Origin: Blepharisma stoltei ATCC 30299
Lineage: Eukaryota > Protista > Ciliophora
Assembly (NCBI GenBank): GCA_965603825.1
Contig: CBFDEM010000015.1
Coordinates: forward strand, 372,001-436,000
DNA length: 64,000 nucleotides
Direction of reading: 5' to 3'
The notes beneath the pieces were generated by a model, which made no database searches, was not told the DNA's origin, and saw nothing but the letters and a program-made list of their open reading frames with translations. The translations under genes were made by a program, and so were the position numbers. This document shows positions 57,455 to 64,000 of this stretch, in pieces. The stretch's first letter is position 1, and each line of letters begins with the position of its first letter.

Positions 57455-58390
57455 ATGAATGCCTGGGAAGCTGAATTTGAAGCTGCTTTAGAAACCCAAA
57501 ACGAAAGCGGCTTGATTGACATACTAAAATCAGGTTTTCCTCCAAATTTTATGATACGATTTCGAGACACAAATGGAAATTACTTATTAGGGCACACCTA
57601 CCCTTTGATTATGGCTATTGAATATCAACTGATTGAAGTAATAAAGTCATTAATATCACTCGGGGCACAGATAAATGCTATTGATTCTTATGGGCGATCA
57701 GCAATTCTTGTTGCATCAGCAGTTGGAAATGAAGAAATTTTAAGAGTTTTAGTGTCACGCAGAGCTAATATTTCAGCAAGAGATCACTATGGAAATACGG
57801 TTTTGCATATTTCTGCTGCTAATGCGAAATTAAGATTTATCCAAATATACGTAGAAGAATTAAAAATCCCTGTATCGGTTAAAAATAAGAAATCTCAAAC
57901 GCCAATAGATCTTTGCAAAGAAAAACAAGATAAAAGTAAAAATTTAAAAGAAATAGAAGATTTGCAAGAAGTTATTGAATATTTATGAATAATTCAAGAA
58001 GAATTGAAATCAAAGCACCAGATACATAATGAAAAACACTATGGAACTCCTCAGCCATCAGTACATATAAGGCATTGCAGACAAAAAAGCATTGGAAATA
58101 ACATTAGCGGAGATCATTTATCTCCAATATCAATATTACCAGAAAAAATTTCAAGAACTCTTAAGATTTCTGCACCATTTAAAACCCGTCAAACAATAGA
58201 AAGCTACTTAAAAACAAAAAATGCTATGTTTAAATGTATAACAGCAAAACATAACAATGAGGAGAGGGCTTATTTTAATCTTTCCAGATACAAATGCCCA
58301 GGATCTACATTTTCAAAGGACTCAGAATCTCCGACTCAATCAACGCAATCAAGGTTTCCATCCTTAGGAAGAAGTGCTCTTGTGTCATAA
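57455..58390 (+). CDS. Ankyrin-repeat protein
   Basis: TYPLIMAI, GAQINAIDSYGRSAI, ANISARDHYGNTVLHISA, KNKKSQTPIDL; TGA 57986 read through into ORF 58004. Confidence 0.85.
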
Positions 58391-58403
58391 ATTATTAATA
58401 TTA

Positions 58404-59990
58404 TTAGTCTTGTAACTTGTAGGAATCAAACCGATCCTGTTTTTCATGCTTATGGTGCTTTTTGTGGTGCTTTTCTTTTTTGGAGGACTTGTGTGCTTTT
58501 TCCAAGAATTTCTTTTTCTTTTTGATTTTGGATTTATTGACTTTTCCTTGGTCTTCTCTATATGGAGCTAGTTTTTTGAGACTGACTAATTGGTTTAACT
58601 TTGCATCATCCCAATTGAGAATGTCATCATCATTAAGGCCATAGTCTTCAGCATCCACTTGGCGATATTTAAACTTGCAAGGCATATCGCCAATCATATC
58701 TTCATAATCTAAAGCCTTTAACTCTTTTAGTATATCTTGCACTGACTTCTCTTGTGGATCTTTTTCAATGTTCATAGCTTCTTCAGCGTTTTCTTCAGCA
58801 TTTTCTATATTTTTCTCAATATCCTCTATTTCTAAATCAGAATAGTTTTCTTCTTCTTCCTCATAATAATCTTCTCCATACATAGAGTCCATTAATTTGT
58901 CGTATTTATCAGGATCAAAATCTTCCTCAAGTTCTTTTTTATTCAAATTTGGGTCAATCCCTCCCATTTTTTTAATCAATTTCAGTTTGTCTTGCAATTC
59001 TTGCCTTTTCAGATTTTTTAACCTTTTGATTTCTTCTTCCTTTCTTATTTTTTCTTTCATTTTTCTTTCCTTCAAATTTTCTCTTTGTTCTTTTCTTTTG
59101 TTATCTTTAAGTCTGACGCTTCCTTCAACCTGTCTTGAGTGGGCTATTTAGAAATTACTTATAATTTTTTCAGCACCTTCTTCTTCAAATCTGTAGTTAT
59201 AAACATGTTCGAATTTTTCGGCTTCTTCATAGTTTTTTTCATCTTCGACATCTACAATTTCGTCATAAGTTTTTAAGGTTTCTGCTTCATCTTTCCACAT
59301 GCGGTTAATTACGAAATTTTTTAAGAATTCTTCATCTTTGTCTTTTTTAGAGAGCCAAAATTCTTTGAGTTCATTTAGATCTTTCTTTTCTTTTTTCTCA
59401 AATTTTGTATGTTCTTCCACAAACTCCTGGAACTTTGCTTCTTCATCTTTGATTTCTTGGGCTGTTTTTTTCCTTAAGCTTAGAATTTCATCGCTATCAT
59501 TTACTTTCCAACTGTTTGCTGCGGCCTTAAATTCATCTTTTAGCCTTTTTTGTTCCTCAATCTTGGTTTCAGGCCGGATTTCGTCTTCATCAATTATTTT
59601 TCCTTTTTTGATTTCCTGGGAAATTAATTCTTTATAGCGGATTGGCTTTTCTTCATCTTTAGATTTCTCTGAGGAAGTATCAAAATCTGAATCACTGAAA
59701 ATTTTATAGTTTGGGTCTTTCAGCTTTGGGTCTTTTTTTCTAATCATATATATAGCTTTCATGAATTTTGCATTTGCCTTTTTAGTTAGAAGCTCTGCAT
59801 CTGAGTCTTCGCTTTCTGAATCGCTTTCTTCAGATTCCGATTCTGGATTAATTTTTAAAGCTTTGGCTTTCTCTTTAGCTTTTATTATTTCTTCTCGCCT
59901 TTTGCGTCTTTCAAATGATTCTGCGAACTTTTTGTTGATTGTGAATCCAACATCTTCTGGGCTTTCTTCTCTTTGTCTTTTACCAGACAT
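58404..59990 (-). CDS. KRI1: KRI1 ribosome biogenesis protein
   Basis: FTINKKFA..F..RK.REE, DEEFLKNFV.NR.W, FE..YNYRFEE, then intron, THSRQVEGSVR, K.EEIKRLKNLK, FDPDKYD, LDYEDMIGDMPCKFKYR.V...YGL, LN.LVSLKKLAPYR. Confidence 0.93.
59144..59158 (-). other. 15-nt intron GTAATTTCTAAATAG
   Basis: Removes in-frame TAA and restores KRI1 IITHSRQVEGSVR. Confidence 0.92.
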
Positions 59991-60424
59991 TTTTACTTTT
60001 ATAAAAGAGATAAGGGATTACCATATCAAAGCTACTTAAAGTTGTCTATTGAGCAAATTATATGAAAACAAAGTTAAATTCTAATAGTAATAAAAAGGTA
60101 ATAAATTTAAATATTTTATCGATTAAAAAAATATTAAATTAGTTTAGTTAAAAACTTTAAAATCAAAATAAAATTAGTTTACTTTATTAATTATGCATTT
60201 ATGTGATACATATTTTCGTTAGCCTCAATAAGCCATTTTAGCATATTTGCATGTCGAAGTTCTTTTATCCAAAATTTATCAACTGTTATTACCCCTTCCA
60301 TAATATTTTTAAATCCTGATGAAAATATACTTAATTAAACTTGATGTATGAATTATTATCAAAATTTGCTTAGGATTATCATTTATAAGTGATGATCCAT
60401 ATTATATCAAACCAAAATCAAAAA

Positions 60425-60496
60425 TGGATGAACCGAGGATTGAACTCGGGGCCTTCTGCTTGCAAAGCAGATGTGATACCACTTCACCATTCACCC
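60425..60496 (-). tRNA. tRNA-Ala (TGC)
   Basis: GGGTGAA TG GTGAAGTGGTATCAC A TCTGC TTTGCAA GCAGA AGGCC CCGAG TTCAATC CTCGG TTCATCC A; G3.U70 Ala identity pair; TTTT terminator. Confidence 0.95.
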
Positions 60497-60628
60497 TTAT
60501 CTCTCTCTTCTTGATTTTATTTCTTTTATATCGATTACCTTCCTCAATCTTCAGTTTTTTACCTCTAAGAATTCTAATTAAATTCTTTTTACTGGGCTTT
60601 TCTTATAAAAATTCTTTACTCATAATAA

Positions 60629-61330
60629 ATGGATCGTGACACCCTTATAGACGAGGCTCCGACTTATATGTCCCAAGATGAAGTTCAAAACATGGTACAA
60701 TCCTTTCAAAGCGCTTTGGGAATCTTTACAGATGAACTCGAACAATTAAGGAAGGACAATGACGAACTTCACACAAAACTTCAATATGAATCAACAAGAG
60801 ATGTCATCCTTTCAGAAGGCCAAGAAAAAATAAATATTAAGTATCAAAAGGTTAAGACGGAGTTGGAGTCTTGCAATGAACAAATTAATATACTAGAAAC
60901 AGCTCTAAATCATGGTAGAGATTTAGCATTAAGTGCAGGTAGAGCTGAAATGTACAGGCAATATGCTAATCAAATTTTTGAAAGAACAAGCCAAGAAGGA
61001 GTAAATAATGAGATTACTGAATTTATCATGAATTTGGAAAGAGAAATCTATAACCTAGAAATTGAGAATAAAAGATCTAAAGAAGTTAACCAAAAATTGA
61101 GAAATGACATTGGAATTGCATTTGAAGAAGAAAAAAGCAATCATAGATGCAAAAACTGTAAAAAGGAATTTGTGCCAAAACAGAATAGAGATGGTGAATG
61201 CTTCTATCATCCAGGGAAAATGAAATATTATAGTTGTAAAGGATGTGGCGAAGATGCTTACTATAATTGTTGCAATAAATGCATCAAATGTTCTCCCGGC
61301 TGTAGAACTGGTAAGCACATTGCTATATAA
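60629..61330 (+). CDS. Coiled-coil protein with C-terminal Cys/His-rich zinc-binding-like domain
   Basis: CKNC..F....N....CFYHPG....YSC..C....YNCC..C..CSPGC..GKH. Confidence 0.75.
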   Translation: MDRDTLIDEAPTYMSQDEVQNMVQSFQSALGIFTDELEQLRKDNDELHTKLQYESTRDVILSEGQEKINIKYQKVKTELESCNEQINILETALNHGRDLALSAGRAEMYRQYANQIFERTSQEGVNNEITEFIMNLEREIYNLEIENKRSKEVNQKLRNDIGIAFEEEKSNHRCKNCKKEFVPKQNRDGECFYHPGKMKYYSCKGCGEDAYYNCCNKCIKCSPGCRTGKHIAI

Positions 61331-61459
61331 TAAAGATTTAATAATATTTAGACAGATTGAAAGTCAACACTATTAATTTTTGATGAGTTAACTTCTTTAA
61401 ATTTAATGCTGCAGAAGACTTTAAGCTCATATTTTATAGATTTTTCTGAATTTTTAGAC

Positions 61460-62967
61460 TTAAAAAATACTACTAATGCAGTTATCTCTACTCGTAAAAA
61501 TCCAATCCGAGTGATCATACTCCCTTGATGCTTCTCCGACACATTGCCATGACCCATATTCAGTAAATTCAACTCTCTGATTATTTGATAAAGTGAATAT
61601 ATATCTCATTACTTGTCTATGATAGTTATCATATACTCGATAATAATTGAAATGAGCCTTCGTTGTTCTCGTGAATATCCCTTCCATATGATTGGATGAA
61701 TGTGATTGGTCCTTTAATAAATCAGATCTTTTACGTTTTTCTATATCAGTGCTATAACTTGTAGAATAATTTGAAATTGCAGTAATTTTTGCCTTGATTG
61801 AACCGATAGCTTGAGAAATGGCTTGAATGAAGCTCGGAATAGGAAAAGATTGAGGTTTTATTTTGCGAAATAGGGTTATAAAATTTAAGATTTCTTTGAG
61901 TTTTGGTGAATTTATTGCTATTGCATATCTATTGCAAAAATTAATAATTGACTCTATAAAACTACCATAATCTGGCGATTGGCTGATAGGGTCTAAACTA
62001 TTGGCGTATACTAATAGCTGATTACTCACATCTACAGCTCTCATACCGCACCTTTGGCCTTGCATCACATTTTCATTTGCTTTTCTTTCAATTTCAGATT
62101 TTATTTGTTCATTTACATAACCATAAAACTCTCTCTTAATGTATTCTTCTGGATACTCTAGCTTTACTAAGGTTTCATTAGAAACTGAGACATTCAAGTT
62201 GTTTAGCTCGCCCATACCTGGTAATTCTGCTATTTTGGCTAAGATTTCATTTTTGTAGATTTCAGAGACGATATCTCCATCAATGGCTTGTCTTTCATAA
62301 AATTTACAAGGATGAGGGAAATGGATTATTCTATTATTGGCAATGATAATGTTAAAAACTCCATGCAAATTGGATCGAGGTTGATATCTTTTATAGCTAA
62401 TGAAAAATCTTGGATATAAATTTTCATAGTAAATATCAAATAACAATTGTTCTTAAGTTCTTCGGTATGATTTTCAAAGAGTCTAAGTAATTGTTTCAAT
62501 GAATTACGAAAGCCCACTGCTCTGCTCTGTATCTCATACTCGCTGACTATATATAGCAGAATTTTGCTTCGGCATAAGGAGAATACATTTAAGCAATAAA
62601 ATGCATTGGCGAGGTCTTGACCCCATCCGTGAGTATCTTCTTGTCCAGGACAATCAATATATAGAATTCTTGTTCTTTGATTGTAATACAAATTTGGCTC
62701 AGAGGTTTCTGAGTTCACACTATGACCAATAATTCCTGGGATTATCGAATTATCACGAATTTTTAGAATAGGGCCTCTATCTCCGTCTTGAACAATTAGT
62801 TGATCTTCATTTAAAAGATGCAAAAGAGTCGTTTTCCCACTTCCTGTAGCGCCAAACAAGATATGAGTTTTCTGGATGCTATTTTGGTTGGCTGCATCAA
62901 GTTTAACTCTGAAAGCACTGCCTTTAGATTTGACCTCGGAGAATACCTTTGCATCACAGTCGTTCAT
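61460..62967 (-). CDS. P-loop GTPase-like protein split by an apparent single-base frameshift (pseudogene or assembly error possible)
   Basis: Walker A GATGSGKTT, G2-like SET, DCPG (DxxG). Frames 62326-62967 and 61460-62446 overlap and switch near the T-run at 62354-62358. Confidence 0.7.
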
Positions 62968-63344
62968 TTTTATGATTATTATCTTAAAATAAATGTTAAT
63001 CATTAATCTTTGTAACCATTTCTACATTTTTATATAAAATGATTAAAGATGGCATGCAAGAAATTTATTAAAAGGTCCACATTATAAAGAGCCCAACTAA
63101 CTATAAATACAGCCTAAGAATGAAGAATTGCGATTACCAGCAGTGCTTTAGCAAGTTTTAGAGTAAATGGAATCAAATTTCATTAGTTTAAACTTAAATT
63201 GAAATAATTTATAGTGATCAGCACTCTTTAATGACTTTTTATTTATCAAAACATCGATAATTACTTGAAAGTCCTTCGAGTTGATAATTATATCATAAAG
63301 CTTCTAGAAAAGAAAAATTTTTTTATATGCTTGAAATATAAGAA

Positions 63345-63660
63345 AATAGACGAGACGGGTACGCTCAATACAGAACAGCAACTAGAAGAATTAAAGAATA
63401 GAATCTTACGCGAACGTAACAAAACAATGTTAGATAATATAATAAAAGATATGCAACAACATCCAGAAGGACAACGAATGCTGGTGATAGGGGCAAAACA
63501 TGCTAAAACACGAGCAAGGACATTGGACTCTCGAGGAGCAACTATAACTCTAACGGAACCATATCCCTCAGAGCATCGTTTAGGCAAGAAAGAAAAGGCA
63601 TATTATCTATTATTATCAGAGAATTGAGAAAAAGTGAAGCATCGTTGGAGGACCTATTAA
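63345..63660 (+). pseudogene. Coding-like fragment with RN..M...I...+LVIGA.H motif (TraB/GumN-like?), no clear start
   Basis: Open frame LRERNKTMLDNIIKDM.....RMLVIGAKH continues through TGA 63625 to TAA 63658-63660; upstream sequence looks non-coding. Confidence 0.3.
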
Positions 63661-63742
63661 ATCAAAATGATCAAAGAAATATCAAGGTGCAGGGCGCAAT
63701 AGCGAATAAACGTACTGGGGTTTATAAACACGAGATTTAATT

Positions 63743-64000
63743 TTAACTGCAGACCACTCTCGTCTGCGACCAAAACACTGGGTAGAAGCGGGAATTGAAC
63801 AGCAAATGAACATGAGCATAGGAAGCGAAGAGAGCAAGACTCCAGAAATCAGTTTGGTAAAACCAGAAGAGGTGCAGCAACATAGTAATAAACTCTGAAC
63901 AAGCTAAATTAGCAGCTGCATGTAAGCAGGCACCATCGGAGATATTAAACACAGTACGCACATCATTTAGCACTGCATCAAACACAAATGTTGCAGAATG
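63743..64000 (-). CDS. 3' end of a possible hydrophobic protein (partial)
   Basis: Frame open from the window edge to TAA 63743; higher GC than neighbouring genes. Confidence 0.3.
   Translation of the reverse strand, partial: HSATFVFDAVLNDVRTVFNISDGACLHAAANLACSEFITMLLHLFWFYQTDFWSLALFASYAHVHLLFNSRFYPVFWSQTRVVCS

Noticed and set aside
60424-60639. 71-aa ORF MDEPRIELGAFCLQSRCDTTSP
   Set aside because: Antisense translation of the tRNA-Ala gene plus AT-rich spacer.
1-64000. Telomeric repeats, rRNA or transposase genes
   Set aside because: No C4A4-type repeat tracts, rRNA-like sequence or DDE/RT motifs were seen by eye.

Overview
AT-rich, gene-dense eukaryotic DNA, most consistent with the somatic (macronuclear) genome of a heterotrich ciliate of the Blepharisma type. 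Two properties make the supplied ORF track misleading. First, TGA is read as Trp: in-frame TGAs sit at Trp positions of paralogs and conserved families, while TAA/TAG remain stops. Second, introns are only 15 nt (GTA-N6-A-N2-TAG; 12 found). Re-reading with these rules merges the fragments into about 40 genes. Housekeeping genes include RPS5, CCT6, CCT7, AP-4 beta, importin alpha, OST48, aspartate aminotransferase, dPGM, UEV/MMS2, TRM10, KRI1, MCMBP and a VPS9 GEF. Tandem pairs include class I GATase, PLAC8 and endonuclease III. There are three tRNA-type genes: Ala-TGC, Glu-TTC, and an aberrant Glu-bodied tRNA with a CAC anticodon. An accessory block (about 23.3-33.9 kb) holds a 4-gene plus 1-pseudogene array of an unnamed, possibly cyclin-fold family, a Kelch-like gene and a degenerate inverted-repeat structure. 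Other points of interest are an INTS8-like gene, a pseudokinase-SPRY-CaaX protein, a protein with an unrecognised ~25-aa repeat, a bacterial-like DUF1349 gene overlapping its neighbour, a frameshifted P-loop GTPase and a compositionally distinct segment at the right edge. All family assignments are from motif recognition by eye; no database searches were run.
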